Below, piece after piece: positions 25,032 through 34,541 of a stretch of 36,933 bases of DNA. Positions within the stretch are counted from its first letter, which is position 1. Each line of letters opens with the position of its first letter. The position numbers and the translations under genes were made by a program. Origin of the DNA: a virus; UHGV virus genome UHGV-0283826. One strand, written 5' to 3'. Below the pieces are notes generated by a model, which ran no database searches, had not been told where the DNA came from, and saw only the letters and a program-made list of their open reading frames with translations.

Positions 25032-25527
25032 GCGAGGTTGGAAAATGACAAGGCGAGAGCAAGAGGATCAAGCACAGCTTGAGTGGCTGCGGAAATGGAA
25101 AGAACGACGGAAGGAAAAAAGAGACGTGAGAAAAAAGTCACTGTTTTATAAGATTCTAAGGAAACTTGGAATTATAAAGGACTACGAGGAAGACATAAGA
25201 ACAAGAATGGAGATGTGCAAAAGAGCAATAAAGGCAAATGTATGTCCTGAGGATTGCGACATTTGCGCATGGGACGTGAAAGGAGGGATTGTTACAATGG
25301 TTATATTACGACCGGTAGGAACAACAGGAAACCGTCTGAAGTATCTAAGAAAAATCAGAGGACTGACAAGAAAAGAGGCAGCAGTCAAGCTAGACATGAA
25401 GGAGGAAAGACTGCAAGATCTTGAAACAGGAAGGAAAGGGCTGACGTTAGGAGAAGCAATCAAATATGCAGATACATATAATGTGTCCATAGATTATATA
25501 GCAGGGAGAAAGAAAGTTGAATATTGA
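25018..25527 (+). CDS. XRE-family HTH DNA-binding protein with basic N-terminal extension
   Basis: C-terminal LKYLRKIRGLTRKEAAVKLDMKEERLQDLETGRKGLTLGEAIKYADTYNVSIDYIAG is an HTH_3 fold. ATG at 25018 after GAGGAG. Confidence 0.55.
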   Translation: MEQIKRGWKMTRREQEDQAQLEWLRKWKERRKEKRDVRKKSLFYKILRKLGIIKDYEEDIRTRMEMCKRAIKANVCPEDCDICAWDVKGGIVTMVILRPVGTTGNRLKYLRKIRGLTRKEAAVKLDMKEERLQDLETGRKGLTLGEAIKYADTYNVSIDYIAGRKKVEY

Positions 25528-25714
25528 AGATGCAATCAGAATCATTAAGGGGTTGGATACATCCAACAGTGAAGAAAACATCGAAGCAAAGAAAATGGCA
25601 GTTAAAGCATTAGAGGAGCAGAGACAAAAGAAAATTGAAACATGGAACGGACAAGCATCGTGCCCACGCTGCAAATTTTGCGGGCAGGCTCTTGATTGGA
25701 GTGATGAACAGTGA
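25517..25714 (+). CDS. Small protein with C-terminal zinc ribbon (CPRC..FCG)
   Basis: TTG start after an AGGGAGAAAG SD. 4-nt overlaps with both neighbours. Confidence 0.3.
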   Translation: MNIEDAIRIIKGLDTSNSEENIEAKKMAVKALEEQRQKKIETWNGQASCPRCKFCGQALDWSDEQ

Positions 25715-25980
25715 AAAGAAGTACAGACACACGCTGGAGTCCAGCAGAGATCCAGCAGAACCAAAAGGAACATTATGCTGCTATGGCAGAACATCCACCG
25801 GACCGGAAGGCAAGCGAGAAGTTTCATCGGCCAGCATACCAGGCAGGCAATCTGATCGAAGCGCAGGGGCAGCAGTTGTGGCATGGAGATGTAGCAGAAT
25901 ACTTGGCAAGAAAGTACAAGATAGGAGATGATGCCAATGGAGAAGAGACTGGAAGAGAACAATGTGAAGAACGAGAATGA
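25711..25980 (+). CDS. Small hypothetical protein (89 aa)
   Basis: GTG start overlapping the upstream stop (GTGA). Alternative frame 25635..25931 is less protein-like. Confidence 0.25.
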   Translation: MKRSTDTRWSPAEIQQNQKEHYAAMAEHPPDRKASEKFHRPAYQAGNLIEAQGQQLWHGDVAEYLARKYKIGDDANGEETGREQCEERE

Positions 25981-26377
25981 CCGGAAGAAGACATATCTCA
26001 GAGCGTACCGAAAACACGGAAAGAGAATCAAACGGATTGAATCAGAGATTGAAGAAATCAGAAACATGAAGATGTATCCTTCTTCAATCAATAACGGGAT
26101 GCCACATGGATCCAATCAAAGTGATTTAAGTTCTTATGCGGTGGCTCTTCAGGAAAGAGAGGACGAGCTGTATCAAGAGGGAGTAAAGCAGGTACAGACA
26201 TACAAAGATATAGAATACAGAATCAATAAGCTGGAGAATCAAGACGAAAGAGATGTTATGTTCTACAAGTATATAAAAGGATTTACATGGTGGCAGATAG
26301 CACAGCTTATGGAGTACAGTGAGAGTTGGATCTACGAATTACACGGAAGAGCACTGAAAAATATTCAAATCAATTAA
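25937..26377 (+). CDS. ArpU/RinA-like late-gene transcriptional regulator (sigma-70 region-4-like C-terminal HTH)
   Basis: FTWWQIAQLMEYSESWIYELHGRALKNI resembles sigma region 4. Sits immediately upstream of the HNH/terminase block, the typical position for phage late activators. Confidence 0.5.
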   Translation: MEKRLEENNVKNENDRKKTYLRAYRKHGKRIKRIESEIEEIRNMKMYPSSINNGMPHGSNQSDLSSYAVALQEREDELYQEGVKQVQTYKDIEYRINKLENQDERDVMFYKYIKGFTWWQIAQLMEYSESWIYELHGRALKNIQIN

Positions 26378-26458
26378 AGAGTGGAGTCCACTGGAGTTCT
26401 AACTGTGCTAATCTGATATTGTCGAAAGACGGACAGATACATACAAATTTCTTGAAAG

Positions 26459-26494
26459 AGACACTTGCAATCCTCTCGGCAGGTGTCTTTTTGT
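26459..26494 (+). terminator. Rho-independent terminator between the late regulator and the HNH gene
   Basis: AGACACTTGC (26459..26468) - 10-nt loop - GCAGGTGTCT (26479..26488), a 10-bp stem with one G-U pair, followed by TTTTGT. Confidence 0.5.
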
Positions 26495-26510
26495 ATGAAG
26501 GGATGTAACT

Positions 26511-26843
26511 ATGACGGACAAGGAAGCAAAGAAATTTTACAATTCGACAATGTGGAAACATAAGCGGATGCAGATCCTAGAGAGAGACCACTATGAGTGC
26601 CAGGACTGTCGCAAACGATTGAGAGATGCAGTGGCAGCAGGCGACATCCTACGAGGAGAAGAGAAAAAGATAAGGAGAGCCGAAGAAGTACATCACATTG
26701 TTGAGTTGAAGGAACATCCGGAACTCGGACTGGAAGAGGATAACCTAATCAGTCTTTGTGTGCCGTGTCATAACCTTAGACACGGCAGAGCACCAAGAAG
26801 ATTCAAAAGAAAGAAGAAGCTTGTGAGCAAGGAGCTGTGGTAG
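26511..26843 (+). CDS. HNH endonuclease (terminase-associated, cos-phage type)
   Basis: W.HKR..IL.RD...CQDC...L.........VHHI..L...P.L....NLISLC..CHN..H pattern. Lies directly upstream of the terminase genes. Confidence 0.85.
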   Translation: MTDKEAKKFYNSTMWKHKRMQILERDHYECQDCRKRLRDAVAAGDILRGEEKKIRRAEEVHHIVELKEHPELGLEEDNLISLCVPCHNLRHGRAPRRFKRKKKLVSKELW

Positions 26844-27053
26844 CCCCCGGTCAATTCTCAGCGATTTTTCCTGAGTGAAGAACGGGGATGTAGCCATGAC
26901 TCTGGAGAAATTTTAAAATCTCGCGTGAAAAGGGCAAGGGGGGGGGCAAATTTCAGGACTCACTATAAGAAGGAAAGTTTTCAGATAACTTCAAAAAAGG
27001 CTTAAAAAGAGCGAAAAAAGAAGTGAAAAATTGATAAAAATGGCATGATTTGA
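26844..27053. promoter_or_regulatory. Candidate cos/packaging-initiation region (G9 homopolymer, nested hairpins) between HNH and TerS
   Basis: Non-coding 210 bp. CCCCC (26844..26848); CTCAG/CTGAG hairpin (26857..26875); AAGGGCAAGGGGGGGGGCAAA with 9 consecutive G at 26938..26946. Confidence 0.4.
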
Positions 27054-27407
27054 GTGAAAAAGGTGGTGAAAAGATTGACTCAGAGGAAGAAAACACTGAC
27101 ACAGACGGAGATAAAAGAATCATTAGTAAAGCAGTTGAAGTTGCGTGGAATGAACGCAGAATTCTATAAGGATTTAGTTGATGATTATGTATATTATTGG
27201 TCATTGAAAAAGAAACTGATTGCAGATATTAGAAAAAAAGGAATCCGGTATGAAACCATCAATGGGAATGGTGTCAGCGTAGAAAAAGCGAATGAATCTG
27301 TGGTCAATCTGCAGAAGACTACAGCAACCATGTTAAAGATTCTTGCGGACCTGAAACTGAAAGAACCAATTCCGGAACCGGAGCAACCGACTGATGGTTA
27401 CTTGTAA
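27054..27407 (+). CDS. terS: Terminase small subunit (P27-like)
   Basis: Small basic helical protein directly upstream of TerL. ...IRYETINGNGVSVEKANESV... is typical of the P27 family. Start is uncertain: GTG 27054 as in the ORF track, or TTG 27075 after AAAGGTGGTGA. Confidence 0.65.
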   Translation: MKKVVKRLTQRKKTLTQTEIKESLVKQLKLRGMNAEFYKDLVDDYVYYWSLKKKLIADIRKKGIRYETINGNGVSVEKANESVVNLQKTTATMLKILADLKLKEPIPEPEQPTDGYL

Positions 27408-29067
27408 GGAAATTGATAACTATCTCAAATATGCCGAAGAGCATCCGAAATGGATAAATAAAAAGAGAAAATTACTGATAGAAAACATCGTGAAGCCGAC
27501 ATTGAAGCGAAACGATGTTTTTTTTGACGAAAAAACATATAGGAACTGTCTACAGTACTGCAAAACAAATTACTACGAACTATTTCCATTCCAAAAGTTC
27601 ATTTATGCCTTTGCATTTATGTATGTGGATGACATTCCAGTATTTTCAAAGTTCTTCATCAAGGAAGGACGTGGAAATGGCAAAGATGGTTTCATCGTGC
27701 CGCTGGTAAATTTCTTTCAGACTCCGCTCTACGGAGTGAAAAATTACCATGTTGAAATTGTGGCGAACTCAGAGAGCCAGGTTAAGGACACATTCAAGGT
27801 AGCTTATGACATGCTGCATGATAATCCAAAATTCAAGGGAAAGTTTTCGGTCACAAAGGAACTTATCACGAACCTGGCAACAGGATCGGAGATGAAATAC
27901 AACACTTCGAACGCAAAGACCAAGGATGGTAAGCGAACAGGATGTCTTGTCCTGAATGAAATCCATGCCTACGAGAACTATGACCAGATCAATGTATTTG
28001 AATCCTCTTTTGGTAAAGTCAAGCATTCGAGAGAGTTCATCATTACAACAGATGGATATGTCAGAGATGGTCCACTGGATGAAATTTCGGCAATGTGCGC
28101 TGAGATTTTGGAGACAGGAGAGAATCTGCTAGGGTACTTCCCATTCATTTGCGAGATTGATGACATGAAAGAAATCGATGATCCGGAGGCATGGCACAAG
28201 GCCAATCCTTCGATGGAATACATGCCAATTCTTGCAAATCAGATCATGCATGATTATCTGGAAATGAAGAAGATTCCATCGAAGCGTGCTGAATTTATCA
28301 CAAAACGAATGGACAGATCGGCACGAAAGGAAGAGGAGACGGTCACAACATGGCAAAATGTCCTGAGAGCATGTTATGAAGGTGAGACAATGGAAGAACT
28401 GGAACGAAAGATTCCGCGGATAACATTGGACACGCGAGGACAGGCAGCAGTGATCGGCATTGACTATGCGGATGTGCGAGACTTCGCATCAGCGGGCGTT
28501 CTGACCAAGACAGATGATGGAGAGTGGATATGGAGACAACACACATGGATCTGCGCAGACTCTCCGTTCATTGATTCAATCAAATTCCCGTTGCGCAATG
28601 CCGGACAAGAAGAGTTTGAGGATTTTGAAGTTGTCCAAGGTCCGGTGATTGATGTAAATATAATAGCCGATTGGTGCATGAAACAGTTCCAGGACTACGA
28701 TGTGAAGAAAATAGCGATGGATACTTATCGCTACACATTATTCAAGACAGCATTTGAAGAAAGAGGTCTCACGATTGAGGACAAGAAGAACCCACATGGT
28801 ATTGTTCGGCTGGTTAGAAAGATAACATCAGCAACAGGAATTATTGCTCCGTTTATTCAGTCCATGTTTTCACAGGGGATGATCAACTTCGGACCATCAG
28901 CGATCATGCGGTGGTACACGAATAACACAAGCGTGAGCGAGGATAAGTTTGGAAATAAAAATTTCGGCAAGATAGAACCGAAATTGAGAAAAAATGATGG
29001 ATTTATGGCTTTCGATGTGGCTATGTTCTGCAAGGATGAGCTGGAAGTTCAGATAATCTATGTTTAA
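27394..29067 (+). CDS. terL: Terminase large subunit
   Basis: 557 aa with ATPase and nuclease architecture. Position is conserved. 14-nt overlap with terS. Confidence 0.85.
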   Translation: MVTCKEIDNYLKYAEEHPKWINKKRKLLIENIVKPTLKRNDVFFDEKTYRNCLQYCKTNYYELFPFQKFIYAFAFMYVDDIPVFSKFFIKEGRGNGKDGFIVPLVNFFQTPLYGVKNYHVEIVANSESQVKDTFKVAYDMLHDNPKFKGKFSVTKELITNLATGSEMKYNTSNAKTKDGKRTGCLVLNEIHAYENYDQINVFESSFGKVKHSREFIITTDGYVRDGPLDEISAMCAEILETGENLLGYFPFICEIDDMKEIDDPEAWHKANPSMEYMPILANQIMHDYLEMKKIPSKRAEFITKRMDRSARKEEETVTTWQNVLRACYEGETMEELERKIPRITLDTRGQAAVIGIDYADVRDFASAGVLTKTDDGEWIWRQHTWICADSPFIDSIKFPLRNAGQEEFEDFEVVQGPVIDVNIIADWCMKQFQDYDVKKIAMDTYRYTLFKTAFEERGLTIEDKKNPHGIVRLVRKITSATGIIAPFIQSMFSQGMINFGPSAIMRWYTNNTSVSEDKFGNKNFGKIEPKLRKNDGFMAFDVAMFCKDELEVQIIYV

Positions 29068-29081
29068 CAGGAGAAGAGAAA

Positions 29082-30239
29082 ATGTTTGATTTTTTATTCC
29101 AAGACAGGAACAAAGAAATACAGTCTTTGGCAGAAATCATTGCAGTTGACATGGAAAAGCTGAATCTTTCAAAGCTTGCCATCGAGAAAGCAATTATGAT
29201 GATCGCCAAGGCAATAGCAAAGTCTGACATACTGATCCAGACGGAGAGCAAAGAAAAACGCAAGAAAGAATACAGGCTAAACGTACAGCCCAATGACAAC
29301 GAATGTGGGACAGTGTTCTGGACGGAAGTGGTTAAGCAGCTGCTAACAGAACAAGAAGCTCTGATTATTCCGCTAAGTGGTAAATATTACAGAGCGACAT
29401 CATGGTCACACACGAATGAAGTGATGATGAAGCGAGTTTACAAGGATGTGATGTTAAGCTGCGGAGATGAAAATCTTACAATTTTCAGCACATTTCAATC
29501 TGATGAAGTGATTCATCTAAGATATGACAATGCAAGGATTCGATTGTACTTACAGAATGTAGTAGGGCAATTTGATAAGACGATGGATTCCATTAATGCA
29601 ATGATGCAGCTGTCCAGCCAACCGAGATTCAAACTGAAGCTTGGAACGAATGCATTATCATTCAGAGAAAAGCAGGCAGACGGTACAGACAAGGTAATGA
29701 CAAGAGATCAGTATGTTTTAAAAATTAAAAAACTACTGACGTCAGATGACCTTGAAGTTTTAACAGAACAAGAAAATGCATCCGTGGAACAGATGCAAAT
29801 AAATACAACAGTGAAAGCTGAAGAACTGGCAAAGATGGCTTTGCAGATCAATAACGAGGTAGCAAATGCTTTCGATATTCCAGAGGCTGTATTTAATGGC
29901 AATATCACAGAAAAATCAGACGCAACAAATGAATTTATCACATACGCTGTCAGTCCGATAGCAGAAGTGATAAATGATACTTTGACAGCTTATGTTGTCG
30001 GAGAGAATGATTACTGCAGAAAAAACGAGAAAGTCATGGTATGGCTTGCACGCTTTAAACATGTTGATGTTGTGGACAGTGCAGTAAATCTTGATAAACT
30101 CAGAGGAATTGGATTCCATCTCGATGAAATCAGAGAGATGGTCGGATATCCGTTACTCAATACAGAATTCAGTACAGAGCGAGCTCTGACAAAGAATTAC
30201 GGAGGGGAGGGAAATAGTAATGCGGCACAAGAAACCTGA
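29082..30239 (+). CDS. Portal protein (HK97-like family)
   Basis: 385 aa directly after terL. Typical portal length and position. Confidence 0.75.
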   Translation: MFDFLFQDRNKEIQSLAEIIAVDMEKLNLSKLAIEKAIMMIAKAIAKSDILIQTESKEKRKKEYRLNVQPNDNECGTVFWTEVVKQLLTEQEALIIPLSGKYYRATSWSHTNEVMMKRVYKDVMLSCGDENLTIFSTFQSDEVIHLRYDNARIRLYLQNVVGQFDKTMDSINAMMQLSSQPRFKLKLGTNALSFREKQADGTDKVMTRDQYVLKIKKLLTSDDLEVLTEQENASVEQMQINTTVKAEELAKMALQINNEVANAFDIPEAVFNGNITEKSDATNEFITYAVSPIAEVINDTLTAYVVGENDYCRKNEKVMVWLARFKHVDVVDSAVNLDKLRGIGFHLDEIREMVGYPLLNTEFSTERALTKNYGGEGNSNAAQET

Positions 30240-30308
30240 TTCATAGGAGGTGATCCAATTATCTCGGAGCTGTCCGTTAAACAGTAATAACAGGGAAAGG
30301 AAAAGAAC

Positions 30309-31067
30309 ATGGAACAGAAAAAAGTTGTGTATAGATTCCAGCAGACGGATAACGTGCATGAGATTTTCGTTTTTGATGAGATTAGAAAAATCGGTCCGTT
30401 CAATTGGGATACATGGCAGTATGACGACTCTGAGACATCAGCCAAGCATTTCAAGGAACTTCTGGATGCCATTCCAGAAACAGATGAGATTAAGATCTAT
30501 TTCAACAGCAATGGTGGAAGTGTGGACCAGGGGACGGCCATTTACAACATGCTTCAACAGCATGGATCCTATAAGACAGGGATTGTAATGGGCGGATGTC
30601 ATTCTATCGCATTTACAATTTTGCAGGCATGTGATAAGCGTATCATGGGACAGGGAACAACAGCCGTTATTCATGATATGTGGGAGACAGTTACAGGAAA
30701 TGCAGCAGATCTGAGGGCAGAAGCAGACAATCTGGATGTAGCAATGGACAGCTGTGTGGCTCTGTTTATGCAGCGGGCTACGGTTTCAGAAGAAGAGCTC
30801 CGGGAGATGATGCATAAGACTACAACCTTATCTCCACAGAAGGCTCTGGAGTATGGCTTGATTGATGAGATTGGCGTTGCGCAGAAGGAGGATGATCCGG
30901 ATGTGAAACTGCAGGAGGTAATCAAAGAAAACAAGGCACTTCAGATGGAACTGAAAAGCAGAAATGAGCATCAGAAGCAGTTAGCTGAGTTCTATCAGCT
31001 GACTCATAAGAAAAAAGAAAAGACGGAAGAAAAGGATAGCACCGGTTGGGGTGCATTTTTTGGTTAG
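30309..31067 (+). CDS. Prohead maturation protease (ClpP/S14-like)
   Basis: IYFNSNGGSVDQGTAIYNML....GGCHSIAFTILQACDKR matches the ClpP-family serine protease core (IYINSPGGSV...). Confidence 0.85.
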   Translation: MEQKKVVYRFQQTDNVHEIFVFDEIRKIGPFNWDTWQYDDSETSAKHFKELLDAIPETDEIKIYFNSNGGSVDQGTAIYNMLQQHGSYKTGIVMGGCHSIAFTILQACDKRIMGQGTTAVIHDMWETVTGNAADLRAEADNLDVAMDSCVALFMQRATVSEEELREMMHKTTTLSPQKALEYGLIDEIGVAQKEDDPDVKLQEVIKENKALQMELKSRNEHQKQLAEFYQLTHKKKEKTEEKDSTGWGAFFG

Positions 31068-31080
31068 GAGGAAATGAAGA

Positions 31081-32226
31081 ATGAGGATTGAAGATTTAAG
31101 CCAGGAAGTAAAAGACAAAGTGAAACAGCTTCTGGACAATGCACCGGCAGATCAGAAAGCAGAAGCAATTATGCAGTCAATTGAAATGATCGATGAAGCA
31201 ATGCACGCCGATCTGATTCAGCAGGTAGTAGCAGAGGCAGAAAGAGCAAGCAGAGATGCAGATTACAAGAGACATCTTGGACTCCGTAACCTGTCTCAGA
31301 AAGAAAAGAAATTCTACGAGAATTTTAAGGACATCAAGCAGGCGTTCACAGCAAACCAGATCGACATCATTCCGACAGAGATTATTGATCGTACACTGGA
31401 TGATGTTAAGAAAGCATCGCCAATCCTGAAACTTGTAAATATGGCACCGGCAAATGTGAAGAAATGGATTGTGGCATCTCATTCAGGTGCAGCGGTTTGG
31501 GGTCCTCTTACGGACGCTATCAAAGGCGAACTTTCAGCAGAGGTAACAGCTCTGAATATTGACCTTCACAAGCTCACAGCTTACCTTGTTATTCCAAAAT
31601 CAATCAGAGAGCTGTCTATGGAATTCGTTGACAGATATTTCATGGCTATTCTGTCTGAGGCCATGCAGGACGGACTTGTAAAAGGATACCTCGATGGAGA
31701 TGGAAAGACAGGTCCAATCGGAATCTTTCGTCAGATTGGAACCGTAGAGTCAGCTGGAACAAATAAAGCGAAAACTGTTCTCACTACGGTTACAAAATTC
31801 TCTCCGAAGGGACTTGCTCCGGTGAGAAAAACTCTTACTAATGATGGAAAACGTGTGGTTGATAAGCTCTATCTTATCTGCAATCCGTCAGACGAAGCAG
31901 AATATGTGGATCCGTGTATGTACGGAGAGGCTCTGACAGGCGGATATGTCAACAAGTCATTCATTGACATCGAAAAAATTGTTGATGCTAACTGTCCAAA
32001 AGGAAAAGCTGCATTTACAATCGCCGGATACTACACAATGGGAACAGCAGGAGTTCGCGTTGATGAGTATGATCAGACAAAAGCGATTGAGGATGCAGAT
32101 CTTATCGTAGCTAAATGCTATGCAAATGGTAGAGCTGTGGATGACAATGTTGCAGTTATTTTTGACGTAACAAAACTTGAGGGGTATGTTCTTCCGGTAA
32201 CACAGGTAACGGTGCCACAGCAGTAA
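31081..32226 (+). CDS. Major capsid protein (HK97 fold family)
   Basis: 381 aa following the protease. The N-terminal delta-domain-like helical region is followed by the capsid core. Confidence 0.8.
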   Translation: MRIEDLSQEVKDKVKQLLDNAPADQKAEAIMQSIEMIDEAMHADLIQQVVAEAERASRDADYKRHLGLRNLSQKEKKFYENFKDIKQAFTANQIDIIPTEIIDRTLDDVKKASPILKLVNMAPANVKKWIVASHSGAAVWGPLTDAIKGELSAEVTALNIDLHKLTAYLVIPKSIRELSMEFVDRYFMAILSEAMQDGLVKGYLDGDGKTGPIGIFRQIGTVESAGTNKAKTVLTTVTKFSPKGLAPVRKTLTNDGKRVVDKLYLICNPSDEAEYVDPCMYGEALTGGYVNKSFIDIEKIVDANCPKGKAAFTIAGYYTMGTAGVRVDEYDQTKAIEDADLIVAKCYANGRAVDDNVAVIFDVTKLEGYVLPVTQVTVPQQ

Positions 32227-32236
32227 GGAATAAGAT

Positions 32237-32527
32237 ATGAGTAATGAAGAATTAGCCACGCTGGTAGATGAAGTACTCAAAGAGTTCCAGATTCCTCCTT
32301 ACTATGATGACGATCAATTGATCAATCTCATCAAAGAAGGAGAGTATACAGTCGGGAGATTGAATCCAGGCTGTAGTATAACGACAGATCTCACATATAG
32401 GATGCTGCTGAAAAACTATGTATATTATGCTTACCACCACAGAGTTAGCGAATTCATGAATAATTATTCAAGCGTGATTCTTACGTGGCAAATGGAGACG
32501 GAGGTAAGTGCGAATGGCAATGCCTGA
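32237..32527 (+). CDS. Head-tail connector protein (gp6-like)
   Basis: 96 aa. Position and size match; acidic N-terminus. Confidence 0.5.
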   Translation: MSNEELATLVDEVLKEFQIPPYYDDDQLINLIKEGEYTVGRLNPGCSITTDLTYRMLLKNYVYYAYHHRVSEFMNNYSSVILTWQMETEVSANGNA

Positions 32528-32879
32528 GTATGTAGACGGAGTCCTTGAACTGTATGAGATAACAAATGATGAGTTAGAAGACTATCCAGAGGAGAGACTT
32601 AAGTACACCGGATTACGTATTTGGTATCGTGAGCTTGCAGTGTACGACACGACAAGAGCCAAACTGTCAGCAGACAGCGTTGAGGTAACGTATAAGCTTG
32701 CAATACCGCAGTATAAGAAAATCAACAGCAAATGCATCTGTCTTATCGATGGGGAGCAGCATGAAATCTATAATATTGCTCATACAACTACGAAAGATGG
32801 ATTTAAAGAGTCGGAGCTGACATTGAAGACACCGGCATATGAAAGAGAGGTAATCGATGACACAGAAAGAACTGAGTGA
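32508..32879 (+). CDS. Head closure / head-tail adaptor protein
   Basis: 123 aa. GTG 32508 as in the ORF track, or ATG 32514. Confidence 0.45.
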   Translation: MRMAMPEYVDGVLELYEITNDELEDYPEERLKYTGLRIWYRELAVYDTTRAKLSADSVEVTYKLAIPQYKKINSKCICLIDGEQHEIYNIAHTTTKDGFKESELTLKTPAYEREVIDDTERTE

Positions 32880-33189
32880 GATCTTGCACGATAGTGGCTG
32901 CCCTGTGAATGAGGGAGTCAGTAGTCTCAAAAATGAAAAGGTATTTCCAAGAATTGATTACTGGGAGATCATGTGGGAAGATACAATGGCATCCGGAGAT
33001 GATTATGAGAATGAGATCACATGGCAGATTAGTTTTTACGCTAGAAAGCCACGCGATCCGAAACTGATCGCACTGAAAAACCGTCTGAATGAGCTTGGCT
33101 ACCATCCGACCATTGCTCACGAATACGTGACAGAAGACCGTGTATGGCACTCTTATTTTTCAATAACAACTGATGGAGTGATTGGATGA
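32857..33189 (+). CDS. Structural protein of the head-tail joining region (hypothetical)
   Basis: 110 aa. Translationally coupled within the structural operon. Confidence 0.4.
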   Translation: MTQKELSEILHDSGCPVNEGVSSLKNEKVFPRIDYWEIMWEDTMASGDDYENEITWQISFYARKPRDPKLIALKNRLNELGYHPTIAHEYVTEDRVWHSYFSITTDGVIG

Positions 33190-33557
33190 GTAGCGAGATA
33201 ACCTTTGACGGTGGAGGATTTGAAGATTTCGAGGAACTGTTGAAACAGTATTCCGAGAATGTAAGCTCTGACAAAGCACTTGACGCAGTGGAAGAGGGAG
33301 CGAAGGAGTTCGTTAATGACCTTCTTAGACTCCCAAAACCACGAAGTCAGATCACAAAAGCAGGGTATACGCATATCGTGAATACATTTGCACTGGAAAG
33401 AACTGACAGCGGAATCAAAGTTGGATGGGGCAAGTATTACGGTCCAATGCTTGAGCATGGAACCAGGAAGATGGCAGCAAGGGCACACTTGAAGCCACTC
33501 TTTGAAAGAAACAAAGAAAAATACTATAAGAAGATGGCAGAATCCATCTTCGGTTAG
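33186..33557 (+). CDS. HK97 gp10-family tail component (tail terminator-like)
   Basis: GKYYGPMLEHGTRKMAARAHLKPLFE matches the HK97_gp10 family motif (..EfGT.kmaa.Pfl.pa.e). Confidence 0.65.
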   Translation: MSSEITFDGGGFEDFEELLKQYSENVSSDKALDAVEEGAKEFVNDLLRLPKPRSQITKAGYTHIVNTFALERTDSGIKVGWGKYYGPMLEHGTRKMAARAHLKPLFERNKEKYYKKMAESIFG

Positions 33558-33568
33558 GAGGCTAATAA

Positions 33569-34186
33569 ATGGCTATTAATACAAAAAAACCGGCTATGAA
33601 ACAGACAGTCGGTGCACAGTATATGTGTTTTGCAAACACAACAGAGGGTGGAGAGTACGACGGTACTTACGAAGCTGATGTTGAAAAAACAGAAGTCGTT
33701 AAGAGTGTAAAGGTAACTGAGAACTCCGAGACAAGTGATGTGTATGCATCCGGAAAAATCTATGATTCAGATTCACCGATGTCCAGCATCGACATTGAGG
33801 TATCTGTGATCGCATTCCCGGACGATACAATATCCAAAATGCGCGGAGAGACAAAAGGAACAGGAGGACTTATCCTTGCCGGCGGAAAGAGCGAAAGACC
33901 ATTCTTCGCTTATGGCAAGGTTGTAAAACTGAAAAACGGAAAATCTCGTTATGAGTGGTTCCCAAAATGCAAGCTTGTTGAGAACTCTGATGATATTGCA
34001 ACATCTGAAGAAAAAGCAAGTGAGCAGACCGACACGATCAAGATTAGAGCATATCCGTTTGACGCAGCAGGAAACATCGTGAGCAAGGTCACAGAGTCCA
34101 CGGCACCAGAAGGACTTACAGAAGAGAAGTTCTTCGCAAAACCGATTCTGACGGATGCAGACCTTACAACAGCAGTAGGAGCGTGA
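33569..34186 (+). CDS. Major tail protein
   Basis: 205 aa, beta-rich, directly upstream of the chaperone pair and TMP. Confidence 0.65.
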   Translation: MAINTKKPAMKQTVGAQYMCFANTTEGGEYDGTYEADVEKTEVVKSVKVTENSETSDVYASGKIYDSDSPMSSIDIEVSVIAFPDDTISKMRGETKGTGGLILAGGKSERPFFAYGKVVKLKNGKSRYEWFPKCKLVENSDDIATSEEKASEQTDTIKIRAYPFDAAGNIVSKVTESTAPEGLTEEKFFAKPILTDADLTTAVGA

Positions 34187-34190
34187 TCGC

Positions 34191-34541
34191 ATGAAATCCA
34201 AGCTGATTAAATTAACAGACGGATCGAAATTAGAAGTAAAAGTTAATTTTTACACTTTATATCTAGTGAAAATGAATGGGATTGACAAAAAACTGGACGG
34301 AAGAACAGAGGAAGATCTGACCGAAGAGGAGAATGTCGAACTTGCAGGCAAACTAATCTATGTGATTCTTCGGTCAAACGGTCTCAAAGTAGACGAGGAA
34401 GAGGCAATGATGCTGACTCCGATGGATGCCGACAGCATCCGTGAGATTTTCGAGGAGTTTGAAAAAAGACTCAACGAATATAAAAAAAAAGAACAGGCGA
34501 AGAAGTCTGTTGCTCCAAGGAAGAAGAAATCAGCGAAGTAA
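34191..34541 (+). CDS. Tail assembly chaperone (gpG-like)
   Basis: 116 aa, acidic with a basic tail. Immediately upstream of the TMP. Contains the A9 slippery run at 34482..34490. Confidence 0.6.
   Translation: MKSKLIKLTDGSKLEVKVNFYTLYLVKMNGIDKKLDGRTEEDLTEEENVELAGKLIYVILRSNGLKVDEEEAMMLTPMDADSIREIFEEFEKRLNEYKKKEQAKKSVAPRKKKSAK

Noticed and set aside
26326-26561. 60-aa plus ORF and 63-aa minus ORF in the ArpU-HNH intergenic region
   Set aside because: They overlap the palindrome/terminator signals, have no SD and are short. The region is better explained as regulatory.
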